Positions 54,893 to 63,998 of a stretch of 64,000 nt of DNA are shown here, one piece after another. The position numbers were made by a program, and so were the translations under genes. The notes under the pieces were generated by a model. It was not told the DNA's origin, searched no databases, and worked only from the letters and a program-made list of their open reading frames with translations. Numbering within the stretch: position 1 is the stretch's first letter; each line of letters starts with the position of its first letter. This stretch comes from Acidimicrobiales bacterium (GTDB lineage Bacteria; Actinomycetota; Acidimicrobiia; Acidimicrobiales; RAAP-2): NCBI GenBank assembly GCA_035503015.1, contig DATJTU010000118.1:573-64572 (forward strand), in the 5' to 3' direction.

Positions 54893-57018
54893 GCAAGACC
54901 GCCCGCCCGGAGGCGCAGAACCAGACGGCAGATCGCGTCGGCACGCACGCCGTCGTGGTCGGCATGCACCGCAGCGGCACCTCCGCGGTGGCGAACGCGA
55001 TCGCGCAGCTCGGACTGGCTCTGCCCGACACCTCCGACCTCATCACGCCCGGCCCGTTCAACGAACGGGGTTACTGGGAGAGCCGGCGGTTCGTCACCTA
55101 TAGCGACACCATTCTGCGGCACCTCGGCGGGACCTGGTCGGCCCCGCCGTCGCCCGCTGAGGGTTGGGCAGAGTGGACGGACCGAGCCACGTCTGAGCTC
55201 AGGTCGGGCGCGGCGGCCTTCGCACGACGGGAGTTCACTGCGCCGCACCTCGTCTTGAAGGACCCCCGGCTCTGCATCACGCTGCCGCTCTGGCGGACGG
55301 TCCTCTTAGAGCGACCCGCCGCGGTTCTGGTGCTACGCGACCCGCTGGAAGTTGCCCGTTCCCTCGCGCACCGCAACGACTTTCCGCTGTCCCTCGGTCT
55401 TGCCCTGTGGCGTCGCTACGTGCAGCAATCCCTTCACGGCATCGAGGGGCTCCCGGTCTACGTGATCGAGTACGGCGAGCTCTTGGCCGATCCCCGGACG
55501 GTCCTCACCGACCTCGCCGCATTCCTCGCGAGCCACGGCGTGGCGGTCCGCGACGACCTGGGGGCGGCCACCGGTGCCCTCGAACCCACCCTCCGGCACC
55601 ATCAGGACGATGCCGGTGATCCGGCGAACGCCGGCGGCGCCGACGACCTGGTCGCCGGCCAGCGGTCGTTCCTGCAGTCCGTTCTCACCAGACGTGGCGC
55701 CAACCCGCACTGGTCGGCCTTCGACCCGGCGCCCGAGCCGGCGTGGGTCGACGACCTGATCGCACTCGAGCGCAACGGTGAGATGGTGTCCTTCGGACTG
55801 GCCCGGACCGAATCGGAGCTCAAGTGGATCAAGCGCTCACGGTTGTTCGCAGCCACACGGGCGATCTGGCGGGCGACCTCTACCGGTCCCGCCCTCTCCG
55901 ACGCCTCTCACCCGGGCAACGGCAGCGCTCTTCCGGCCTCGCGGCCGTCGCCACGCCTGCAGCAGTGGGCGGGCACGGCGCGACGAGCCCTCGACCGGCG
56001 ACAGGGTGCCGGTACTCAGCAGATCCCGAACGAGACCAACCCGGTCGATCCGGACACGATTGCCGATTTCCGGCTGCACGCGGTCATCAAGACATGGATG
56101 GACGAGGACATCATCGAGGCCTGCGTGCGCAACGCGTTCGCACAGGGCGCCGACGCGGTGTTCCTCGTCGACAACGCCAGCACAGACGCGACCTGTGCAC
56201 GGGCGCGGGACGCCGGCGCGACGGTCGCGGAGGTCTACGAGACGGAGGTCTTCGACGGCCGGCTGGTCCAGCAGCTCGTCAACGCCGTCGTCGCCCGCGA
56301 GTCGTTGCGCAGTGGCGCCGATCACGTCTGGTGGCTCCTGCTCGACAGCGACGAATTCCCGGAAGGGCCGCGCGGCGAGACGGTCCGCGAATATCTGGCG
56401 GGACTCGACCGTCGCTTCCGGGTGGTCGGGGCCTCGTTCATGAACCACCTCCCCGACGGATCCCCGCAGTACGTCGAGGGATTCCATCCCATCGATTTCC
56501 AGCCGCTGTGCTACCGCTTCGAACCGGCCAATCACGCCCCGTGTCCACTCGGCCATTGGAAGCACCTGCTGCAGCGCTTCGACCGCCACGGGCAATTCGT
56601 CGTGAGCAACGACGGTGCCCACCTCGCATTCTGCTCGGAGCGGCTGGTCGAACCGGAGGTGGGCATCGTCGTGCACCACTTCCAATACCGTGACGAAGGC
56701 GTGACCCGGGCCAAGCTCGATCTCATCTGTGGGTCAGCCACGAACCGGGTCGGCCTCCACGAGTCCGCCGGCTTCAGCGGCTTCGCGCGGCGCCACCGGT
56801 CCCTCGACGCGGTCTATGCCCAGCGCTGGGCGGAGGTGGACGTGCTGCCGAACCGGCAGGCGGGCGCCCACCAGAACCCGAGACCGTGGCCCGGTGCCGC
56901 GGACGTCACGCGCTGGTACGAGCAGGGTGACACGGAGCGAGCACGAGACGGCGACGAGGTGCATCCAGCAGGGGTGGGCACGTCGTCGGGACCCCAAGAA
57001 CCAGATCCGGCGCCGTGA
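54889..57018 (+). CDS. Bifunctional sulfotransferase - GT-A (GT2-like) glycosyltransferase fusion
   Basis: GTG at 54889 overlaps the upstream TGA (GTGA). The N-terminal domain is paralogous to the preceding sulfotransferase (VVGMHRSGTSAVAN, VLKDPRLCITLPLW, VLRDPLEVARSL). From about nt 56065 comes a GT-A domain (AVIKTWMDEDIIEACV, FLVDNASTDAT, LLLDSDEF). Confidence 0.8.
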   Translation: MSKTARPEAQNQTADRVGTHAVVVGMHRSGTSAVANAIAQLGLALPDTSDLITPGPFNERGYWESRRFVTYSDTILRHLGGTWSAPPSPAEGWAEWTDRATSELRSGAAAFARREFTAPHLVLKDPRLCITLPLWRTVLLERPAAVLVLRDPLEVARSLAHRNDFPLSLGLALWRRYVQQSLHGIEGLPVYVIEYGELLADPRTVLTDLAAFLASHGVAVRDDLGAATGALEPTLRHHQDDAGDPANAGGADDLVAGQRSFLQSVLTRRGANPHWSAFDPAPEPAWVDDLIALERNGEMVSFGLARTESELKWIKRSRLFAATRAIWRATSTGPALSDASHPGNGSALPASRPSPRLQQWAGTARRALDRRQGAGTQQIPNETNPVDPDTIADFRLHAVIKTWMDEDIIEACVRNAFAQGADAVFLVDNASTDATCARARDAGATVAEVYETEVFDGRLVQQLVNAVVARESLRSGADHVWWLLLDSDEFPEGPRGETVREYLAGLDRRFRVVGASFMNHLPDGSPQYVEGFHPIDFQPLCYRFEPANHAPCPLGHWKHLLQRFDRHGQFVVSNDGAHLAFCSERLVEPEVGIVVHHFQYRDEGVTRAKLDLICGSATNRVGLHESAGFSGFARRHRSLDAVYAQRWAEVDVLPNRQAGAHQNPRPWPGAADVTRWYEQGDTERARDGDEVHPAGVGTSSGPQEPDPAP

Positions 57019-57944
57019 GCATCTTCGAACGCGGTCGGCCGGATCCACGCTTCGGGCCCGACCAAGGTCCCGTGGTCGTCGGCGGCGTCGGCGGGAGCGG
57101 CACGCGAGTGGTCGCGGAGATCATGCGCCACCTCGGCGTCTACACCGGGTCCGTGCTCAACAAGGCCGGCGACAACAAGTGGTTCAGTCTGCTTTGCAAG
57201 CTCCCGCGCTTCGAGCTCGACAACGGAGCGGACGCGGTGCAGATCGAGCGCTCGCTGGACCTCCTCGAGCGCGCCATGACAGGGCAGCTCTCGTGGACCC
57301 GCGAGCGCCGCACGATCAAGGAGATCGTCGACCGCTGCGAGGCCCGAGCCAGCCTCCGGCCCCTCTGGGACGACCGCTCACCAGAGTGGCTGCGGACGGT
57401 GGCGGCGACGTTGCGTCACGCCAGGCGGAACGCGCCGGCCGATGCGCCGGTGTGGGGCTGGAAGGAGCCCAACAGTCATCTCTTCCTCCCTCACATGCTG
57501 CAGCACTTCGGCGAACGGATGCGCTACGTGCACGTCATCCGCAACGGTGTGTACATGGCCTACAGCGCCAACCAGGCTCAGGTGAGCCGGTGGGGCCGCT
57601 ACTTCGGCGTCGACGTGGAGGATGGCTCACCGACGCCACGGGACTCGCTCGACTACTGGATCGCGGCCAACGAGCTCGCGATGACGCGTGGGCGGGCACT
57701 GGGGCCGGATGCGTTCTTGATGGTGAACTACGACCAATTGTGTGCGCAGCCAGCTGTGGTGGTCCCGCTGCTCGCGGCGTTCCTCGGCTTCGACCCGCCG
57801 CCGGCCCAAATCGACGAACTCGTGGCGTTGCCCCGTGCTGCGAGGCCACCGGCGCTGACCCGCACGCAGATGGAGGACGAGTTCGGAGAAGAGCGGCTAT
57901 CGCGCGTGCGCGGGCTCGGCTTCTCCCTCGAGGATGCGGCATGA
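57015..57944 (+). CDS. Sulfotransferase family protein (divergent)
   Basis: The GTG start overlaps the upstream TGA. P-loop-like GGVGGSGTRVVAE, then WGWKEPNSHLFLP and HVIRNGVYMAYS (an RDP-type motif with Asn). Confidence 0.65.
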   Translation: MSIFERGRPDPRFGPDQGPVVVGGVGGSGTRVVAEIMRHLGVYTGSVLNKAGDNKWFSLLCKLPRFELDNGADAVQIERSLDLLERAMTGQLSWTRERRTIKEIVDRCEARASLRPLWDDRSPEWLRTVAATLRHARRNAPADAPVWGWKEPNSHLFLPHMLQHFGERMRYVHVIRNGVYMAYSANQAQVSRWGRYFGVDVEDGSPTPRDSLDYWIAANELAMTRGRALGPDAFLMVNYDQLCAQPAVVVPLLAAFLGFDPPPAQIDELVALPRAARPPALTRTQMEDEFGEERLSRVRGLGFSLEDAA

Positions 57945-57954
57945 GGCCGCACGC

Positions 57955-58842
57955 TCAGCGAACGCTGGGCTCCGGCGTCCCGGTCCCGGGCTGCTCGAGG
58001 CGGCGGTAAAAGTCGGGGGCTGCGCAGATCGCCCGATACATCTCGTCCGACCTGCGCTCTTCTTTGCGTATGTACGAGTTGAGCTTCCGAGCCCGAAGCG
58101 AATCACGGGCGAGTCGGACGACCTTTCGGGCGTGCGCCGGACGGAGGTCCGTCACCGACCTTCCACGCGCCTGGGTCCGCAGGTAGAGGTACTCCTCGTT
58201 CTCGGACACGGGGACGTTGGCCTGGTCGGCCCGCGCGATCGGCGGCCTGAACCCCGCGCCGTGGTGGTAGATGTGCCCGTCGTAGATCCCGTATAGCACC
58301 GGGTGGAGATCGACCGCGTTCGACCGCAGGATGGGGCGCCACGCGACAGACCTCTCGTCGAGGAGCGACAGCAACCGGCCCCCGACGTCGGCAGCTTCGA
58401 CGCCCTGGTCGGTGACCCACGGTCCCGGACGCCAATCCCCTCCGACGTCGGCCCAGAACCCCACCGTCGTGACGCAGAAGGAGGGATGGGGCTGGATGTC
58501 GCCGCCGTTCTCGTCCCGGCGCACCGCGGCCAGGGGATGGTCGGACAAGAGCTCCTCGAGCCAATCCCCGAGCGGGCGGATGGGGAACGCATCCCCGTCG
58601 ATGAAGACCAAGAGATCATCCCGATCCGCGTGCTCGCCGATCGCGCGGGCCAGAGCATTCAGCTTGTCCGCGTGCGTGCCGCCGTTCCTCGTGATGTAGG
58701 AGAAATGCGAGTCGACCTCTGAGCCAACGCCCTGCAGGTTGGCGTAGGTGCGGTAGGGCGCCGGGACGAAAGAGGACAGGCCACGGCTCTGGGGCCCGAC
58801 CCATTTCGGGTCCATCCAGTGGACGGTGGCGATGTGGATCAT
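57955..58842 (-). CDS. Hypothetical protein, possible GT-A-like transferase
   Basis: 295-aa ORF with a DxD in a strand context (LLVFIDGDAFPIRP). No family assigned. Confidence 0.45.
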   Translation of the reverse strand: MIHIATVHWMDPKWVGPQSRGLSSFVPAPYRTYANLQGVGSEVDSHFSYITRNGGTHADKLNALARAIGEHADRDDLLVFIDGDAFPIRPLGDWLEELLSDHPLAAVRRDENGGDIQPHPSFCVTTVGFWADVGGDWRPGPWVTDQGVEAADVGGRLLSLLDERSVAWRPILRSNAVDLHPVLYGIYDGHIYHHGAGFRPPIARADQANVPVSENEEYLYLRTQARGRSVTDLRPAHARKVVRLARDSLRARKLNSYIRKEERRSDEMYRAICAAPDFYRRLEQPGTGTPEPSVR

Positions 58843-58848
58843 GAAGAG

Positions 58849-59841
58849 CTACGCGCCCGCGACTGCCTGCGTACGGGGACGGCTCCCTCCGGTTCCTCCA
58901 GCGGTCCCCGTGAGCATGTCGGCCTCGTACCAGTCGACCGTCGCGCGGAGGCCGAACCCAAGAGGTGTGGCCGAGACGCCCGGGAAGAGGCTGCGCAGCG
59001 CAGTGGAGTCGCCTTGCGAATCGTGGACGTCGCCCGGTCGCGATGGGCCGTGCTGGGTCGCGAGGCGTTTGCCGAGCAGACGCTCGAGCTCGGAGATCAA
59101 CGTGAGCAGTGAGGTCCGGGAGCCGAAGGCGAGGTTGACCGGCTGGTCAGCGGTGACCGACTGCTCGACGGCGCCAGCGATCACTGCCGCGACATCGCCG
59201 ACGTACGTGAAGTCGCGGGTCTGGGTCCCGTCGCCGTCGACGGTCAACGGCCGCCCCGCGAGCGCAGCGTTGATGAACGACGGGATCACCGCCGCGTAGG
59301 CGTGGTCGGCGCGTTGGAGGGGACCGAACACGTTGAAGAAGCGAAACACGAGCGCGGGAAGGCCGAAGGAGCGCGCGTACGCCAGGGCGTAACCCTCGGT
59401 CGCCAGCTTGCTTGCCGCGTACGGGCTCGCCGGCCGGGTGGGATGGTCCTCGCGTGTGGGCATGGTGACCCCCCGCCCGTACACCGAAGAGGACGAAGCG
59501 ACGACGACGTGCGTCCCGTGCCGGCGCGCCTCCTCGAGTACGACCACGGTGCCGGTGGCGTTGGCATCGTGGCTGGCCCGGGGGTCTTCGAGCGACCTGG
59601 CGACGGCGGGCACCGCGGCCAGATGCACGACGGCGTCGGTGTAACCGACGAGCTGCGCCACCAGGCCCTCGTCGAGGATCGTGCCCTCGACGAGCTCGAC
59701 ACCCTCTACATCGGCAAGGTTTGCGCGATTCCCGGTCGAGAGGTCGTCGAGGACGACGATGCGCCCATTCCCCGCAGACCGCAGTGCACGGCAGACGTGC
59801 GACCCGATGAAGCCGGCACCGCCGGTGACGAGGACGTCCAT
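58849..59841 (-). CDS. NAD-dependent nucleotide-sugar epimerase (SDR, WbpP/TviC-like)
   Basis: VTGGAGFIGSH, the catalytic YAASK, and RFFNVFGP. Its ATG directly abuts the dehydrogenase TAG (TAGATG). Confidence 0.85.
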   Translation of the reverse strand: MDVLVTGGAGFIGSHVCRALRSAGNGRIVVLDDLSTGNRANLADVEGVELVEGTILDEGLVAQLVGYTDAVVHLAAVPAVARSLEDPRASHDANATGTVVVLEEARRHGTHVVVASSSSVYGRGVTMPTREDHPTRPASPYAASKLATEGYALAYARSFGLPALVFRFFNVFGPLQRADHAYAAVIPSFINAALAGRPLTVDGDGTQTRDFTYVGDVAAVIAGAVEQSVTADQPVNLAFGSRTSLLTLISELERLLGKRLATQHGPSRPGDVHDSQGDSTALRSLFPGVSATPLGFGLRATVDWYEADMLTGTAGGTGGSRPRTQAVAGA

Positions 59842-61128
59842 CTACAGGCGCTCGACGTTGGGCCCGTCGACACGACCCCTGGTGTCGAGCAGGTAGCGGG
59901 CATCACAGACGATGCCCTCCAAGTCGAAGGCATCGTGGTCCGTCACGAGCACCACGGCGTCCGCAGCCGCAACGATCTCCGGACTCGGGTCGACCAGCTG
60001 AGCCGGAAGGCCGTCATCGAGGGTGTGGGCCAGCGTCCCGAGATCGGCGACGTGCGGGTCGGCGACGCTCACATCGGCCCCGGACCGGCGGAGCAATTCG
60101 ACGATGACGCGCCCTGGGCTCTCCCGAGAATCGCCCGTGTTCCGCTTGTACGCCAGGCCGAGCACGAGGATCCTGCTCCCGTTCAGCGGCTTCGACGAGC
60201 GGTTCAGCCCTTCAGTGAGCCGCTTGACCACGTACTCGGGCATGTGGTCGTTGACGTCGTTTGCCAGCTCGACGAAGCGGAAGGTCTGCCCGAGTGAACG
60301 ACGGACCCGCCACGACAGGTAGCTCGGGTCGATGGGCAGGCAGTGGCCACCGACCCCCGGACCCGGCTTGAAGGAGAGGAAGCCGAACGGCTTCGTGGCG
60401 GCGGCGTCGATTGCCTCCCATACGTCGATGTCGAGCGCGTTCGCGTAGACCGCCAGCTCGTTCATCAACGCGACGTTGACGTGCCGGAAGGTGTTCTCCA
60501 GCAGCTTCGTGAGCTCGGCCTCCCGTGGCGTCGACACGGGCACGGTCCGTTCGACGATCGTGTCGAAGAACCCCTGGACGGCAGCGAGTGATGCCTCGTT
60601 GACACCTGAGACGACCTTCGGGGTGTTCACCAGGTTCCACTCGGCGTTTCCGGGATCGATGCGCTCGGGGCTGTAGCCGAGGTGGAAATCGTGGCCGGGG
60701 ACGAGCCCGGATCCGGCCTCGATGAGCGGTGCGACGAGCTCCTCGGTCGTTCCGGGATACGTCGTCGACTCGAGGACCACGGTCGAACCCGGCCGGACGT
60801 GGGCGGCGACCACGCGGGCAGCGTCTTCTACATGTGACAGGTCGGGCACGCCCTCTCTCAGCGGGGTCGGGACGTCGATGATCGCCACATCGAACCCGTC
60901 AAGGTCCTCTTCTTCGGTGGTGACCCGATAGCGACCCGATGCCAACGCCTCGCCGAGAACGGCGGAGGGCACGTCACTCACGAACGACTCACCCTCCGCG
61001 AGGGCTTTGACGCGAGCCACGTCGCGATCGAAACCGACCACGTCGTGGCCGGCGGCGACGGCGCGCATCGCCAGCGGCAGGCCGACGTAGCCCTGCCCGA
61101 GAACCGCGACGCGACGGCGCTCCGCCAT
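59842..61128 (-). CDS. Nucleotide-sugar 6-dehydrogenase (UDP-Glc/ManNAc/GlcNAc dehydrogenase family)
   Basis: ATG at 61126-61128. VAVLGQGYVGLPLA Rossmann motif and catalytic Cys context PGPGVGGHCLPID. The substrate cannot be read from the sequence. Confidence 0.85.
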   Translation of the reverse strand: MAERRRVAVLGQGYVGLPLAMRAVAAGHDVVGFDRDVARVKALAEGESFVSDVPSAVLGEALASGRYRVTTEEEDLDGFDVAIIDVPTPLREGVPDLSHVEDAARVVAAHVRPGSTVVLESTTYPGTTEELVAPLIEAGSGLVPGHDFHLGYSPERIDPGNAEWNLVNTPKVVSGVNEASLAAVQGFFDTIVERTVPVSTPREAELTKLLENTFRHVNVALMNELAVYANALDIDVWEAIDAAATKPFGFLSFKPGPGVGGHCLPIDPSYLSWRVRRSLGQTFRFVELANDVNDHMPEYVVKRLTEGLNRSSKPLNGSRILVLGLAYKRNTGDSRESPGRVIVELLRRSGADVSVADPHVADLGTLAHTLDDGLPAQLVDPSPEIVAAADAVVLVTDHDAFDLEGIVCDARYLLDTRGRVDGPNVERL

Positions 61129-61173
61129 GCTCACATCACCGACCGGCTGACCGGGGCGGGGTGCCACTCGAGG

Positions 61174-62100
61174 TCACCCCTCGAGTCCAGGCAGCGGGTG
61201 CGCGGCCAGCCGGCGTCGGGCGCGGGGGTCGGGCTGAAACGAGCGGCTCCAGGCGGAGATGGGGACGACGTCGGGCACGCGGAACATCTCCCACGCGCTG
61301 CGGACAGCGTCGGCCAGCACGGCCTCCAGCCGCCACGACGATGCCTGGCGTTCGATCTTCCGCACCGACACATCTTCTCGCAGAACGAGCTGCACCACAT
61401 CACGCTGTGCCAGCAGGTCCTTGCGGAAGACGTTGAGACGGGCGTGGACACACGCGGCGATCAGCCGCTCCTCCCGCCCCAGGGCACTGATCGTGACCGT
61501 TCGTGGGGTGAACGCCACCCGGTCGTGAAAGAGATCGCCCGCTTCCACTTGGGCGCCCACGCGCTTGGGGGCCAGCGCCGTGTACAAGACGACGCGCACC
61601 CCGTCCCTCGAGTAGTACGACGTCACGCTCTGTCGCCGAAGCCTCCGCTTGGCAGCATCGGGGCGCAGGATGCCCTGCTCGACGAGGACTGACACAGCCT
61701 CTTCACGTTGATCAGGGCCGACAAGCAGGTGCAGGGTGTCGTAGAGCCGAAGGTCCCGTTGTCTGTAGTCCAGCGCCGCGCTGGCCGCCCCGTGCATCAA
61801 GCAGGTCTGGATTCCCTTTTGGTCGAGTGCTCCCACGACCTCGTCGAGGCAACGATCGGCGGCCGACCGCCGTTCGTGTGCGACCTCGAGGTGCTCGCTC
61901 AGCTCCTCGTGCTGCTCACCGGTGACGGGGAGCGCGCCGCTGTCGGCCGCCTGCACCGCCAGACCGAGCACGAGCTCGCCGGTCAGCGCGGCGAGCAGGC
62001 CCTGCCAGATCTCCTTGCCCAACGGCCGGTTGATGATGGGGAGCGATGACGGATGAAGGCCGTACCCCGCAATCGAAACAAGAAGATCCGCTGGCGTCAC
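61174..62100 (-). CDS. Hypothetical protein, possibly of the uncharacterised nucleotidyltransferase (NTP_transf_5-like) family
   Basis: 308-aa ORF whose GTG start overlaps the dehydratase stop (GTGA at 62097-62100). The family call is a weak impression from length and context. Confidence 0.4.
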   Translation of the reverse strand: MTPADLLVSIAGYGLHPSSLPIINRPLGKEIWQGLLAALTGELVLGLAVQAADSGALPVTGEQHEELSEHLEVAHERRSAADRCLDEVVGALDQKGIQTCLMHGAASAALDYRQRDLRLYDTLHLLVGPDQREEAVSVLVEQGILRPDAAKRRLRRQSVTSYYSRDGVRVVLYTALAPKRVGAQVEAGDLFHDRVAFTPRTVTISALGREERLIAACVHARLNVFRKDLLAQRDVVQLVLREDVSVRKIERQASSWRLEAVLADAVRSAWEMFRVPDVVPISAWSRSFQPDPRARRRLAAHPLPGLEG

Positions 62101-63998
62101 GCCGGGATTTCATCTTCGACCGCCACGGACGGCAGCGCATGCCGGCTCGTCCGCTTGGCGTCGATATCCCCCATGTCCCCCATGTCCTCTGTTTCCTGCA
62201 CGTCCTCCCCGACCATGTCGAACAGCACGCGACGGGAACGGACTTCGTTGCGATCTGCTGCCGCCAGCGAAAGTTCCGCCAGCCCCGTCTCGAGACGGTC
62301 CTCTCGCCAGTACTCGGCCGACGAGCGCTGCAGGCGGAGCACGGACGGGTGTTCGGTGGCGACGAGGTGCTCGCTCGGGCTGTGCAGCTGCTCGTGCAGG
62401 CGCTCGCCGACCCTGGGCCCGATGATGCGGATCTGGATGTCCGTCCCCGGATGGAGACCCGACAGCCTGATCATCCGCTTCGCCAGGTCCAAGATGGAGA
62501 CCGGCTGACCCATTTCGAGCATGTAGACGTCCCCGCGCTCTGCGAGCACAGCAGATTGGAGGACGAGTTGGACCGCCTCCTCGACGCTCATGAAGAAACG
62601 CGTCATGTGCGGGTCGGTGACCGTCACCGGGCCGCCGGCTGCAATCTGCCGCCGGAAGGTCGGGATGACGCTGCCCCGGCTGCCCAGCACGTTGCCGAAG
62701 CGCACGGCACAGTAGGCCTTGCCTTCCGGCGCGTGAGCAAGCAGGAGCTGTTCGCCCACCCGCTTGGTCGCGCCCATCACGCTCGCAGGGCTCACTGCCT
62801 TGTCGGTCGAGATGAACACGAAGCGCTCGGCGTGGAAGTGCGCCGCCGCGTCGAGGACGTTCTTCATTCCCAAGACGTTCGTGTTCACGGCCTCGACGAC
62901 ATGCGTCTCGAGGATCGGCACGTGCTTGTGCGCGGCGGCGTGGAACACGACTTCGGGCTGCCAGCGTGAGAAGACCTCGAACACTGCGTCGCGGCGGGAG
63001 ATGTCTGCCAGCACCTGCTCGGCCTTGCAATCGGCGAGCTGACTCACGTCGTGCAGATGCGTCTCGTCGTGGTCGAGCATCACGAGGACCTCGGGACTGA
63101 ACCCGGCCACCTGACGGCAGATCTCCGAACCGATCGACCCGCCTGCCCCCGTCACGAGGACCCTTCGGCCCTCGAGAGCACGCCGGACGGCCGCCAAATC
63201 GGTGACGACTTCGTGGCGCCCCAAGAGGTCCTCGATGCGGGGCTCACGGGCGGAGCGGACCGAGACCGACGGAGCACTGACGGACCCGACGAGGGACCGC
63301 AGGTCGGGGACGATCTTCAGAACAGTCTTCGCCTCCTCGGCCAGGCGGACGCACCGCTCCACGAGCGTGGTCGAGGGGTCCGGGACGGCGAGCAGGATCT
63401 GCTGGATCTGTAGCTTCGCCACCATCGCAGGGATGTCGTCGATCGAACCCACGACGGGAACGCCCATGAGCGAATAGCCGTGGGTCCGACGGTCGTCGTC
63501 GAAGACGGCGACCGGGGACAGCCCGGCCTCAGGGTTGCGCAGCATGCCTCGCACGACTGCCGCCCCGGCGTCGCGACTCCCGATCACGCCGACGCGCAAC
63601 CCCATTCCCCTGTTCGCCCTCTGAAACCCGAGCAAGCGCGAGTGGAAGCGCAGGACTCCGATCCCCAGCATGCTGAGGAGACATCCCAACGGCAGCACGA
63701 GGAACGGGACCCGGGTGACGCCTTCTGAAAATCCGAGCGGGTACAACGCCGTGAGCACCAAGAGCGTGGCGAGACACGACAGCACGATGTTGCGCGCCTC
63801 TTCGATGCCGGCATGCCTCCAGATGCGTCCGTAGAGCCCGAAGCACCAGTTGGCGATCAACTGCACCGTCAGCGTCACCGCGAGGAAGAACGCGAGCTTG
63901 TGGAGGTAGTCGGCTGGAGCCCTGTCCCGCAACGAGGCGGCTTCGGCCAGTCCGTACGCGGTGAGAATGACCGCAGCGTCGAGGAGGATGAACACCAC
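62097..63998 (-). CDS. Membrane-bound polysaccharide biosynthesis protein CapD/PglF/WbpM-like (UDP-HexNAc 4,6-dehydratase)
   Basis: Four N-terminal TM helices, a first Rossmann VGVIGSRDAG and an SDR domain VTGAGGSIGSE with MGATKR. The first codon (GTG at 63996-63998) lies 2 nt from the window edge, so the true 5' end may lie outside. Confidence 0.85.
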   Translation of the reverse strand: MVFILLDAAVILTAYGLAEAASLRDRAPADYLHKLAFFLAVTLTVQLIANWCFGLYGRIWRHAGIEEARNIVLSCLATLLVLTALYPLGFSEGVTRVPFLVLPLGCLLSMLGIGVLRFHSRLLGFQRANRGMGLRVGVIGSRDAGAAVVRGMLRNPEAGLSPVAVFDDDRRTHGYSLMGVPVVGSIDDIPAMVAKLQIQQILLAVPDPSTTLVERCVRLAEEAKTVLKIVPDLRSLVGSVSAPSVSVRSAREPRIEDLLGRHEVVTDLAAVRRALEGRRVLVTGAGGSIGSEICRQVAGFSPEVLVMLDHDETHLHDVSQLADCKAEQVLADISRRDAVFEVFSRWQPEVVFHAAAHKHVPILETHVVEAVNTNVLGMKNVLDAAAHFHAERFVFISTDKAVSPASVMGATKRVGEQLLLAHAPEGKAYCAVRFGNVLGSRGSVIPTFRRQIAAGGPVTVTDPHMTRFFMSVEEAVQLVLQSAVLAERGDVYMLEMGQPVSILDLAKRMIRLSGLHPGTDIQIRIIGPRVGERLHEQLHSPSEHLVATEHPSVLRLQRSSAEYWREDRLETGLAELSLAAADRNEVRSRRVLFDMVGEDVQETEDMGDMGDIDAKRTSRHALPSVAVEDEIPA

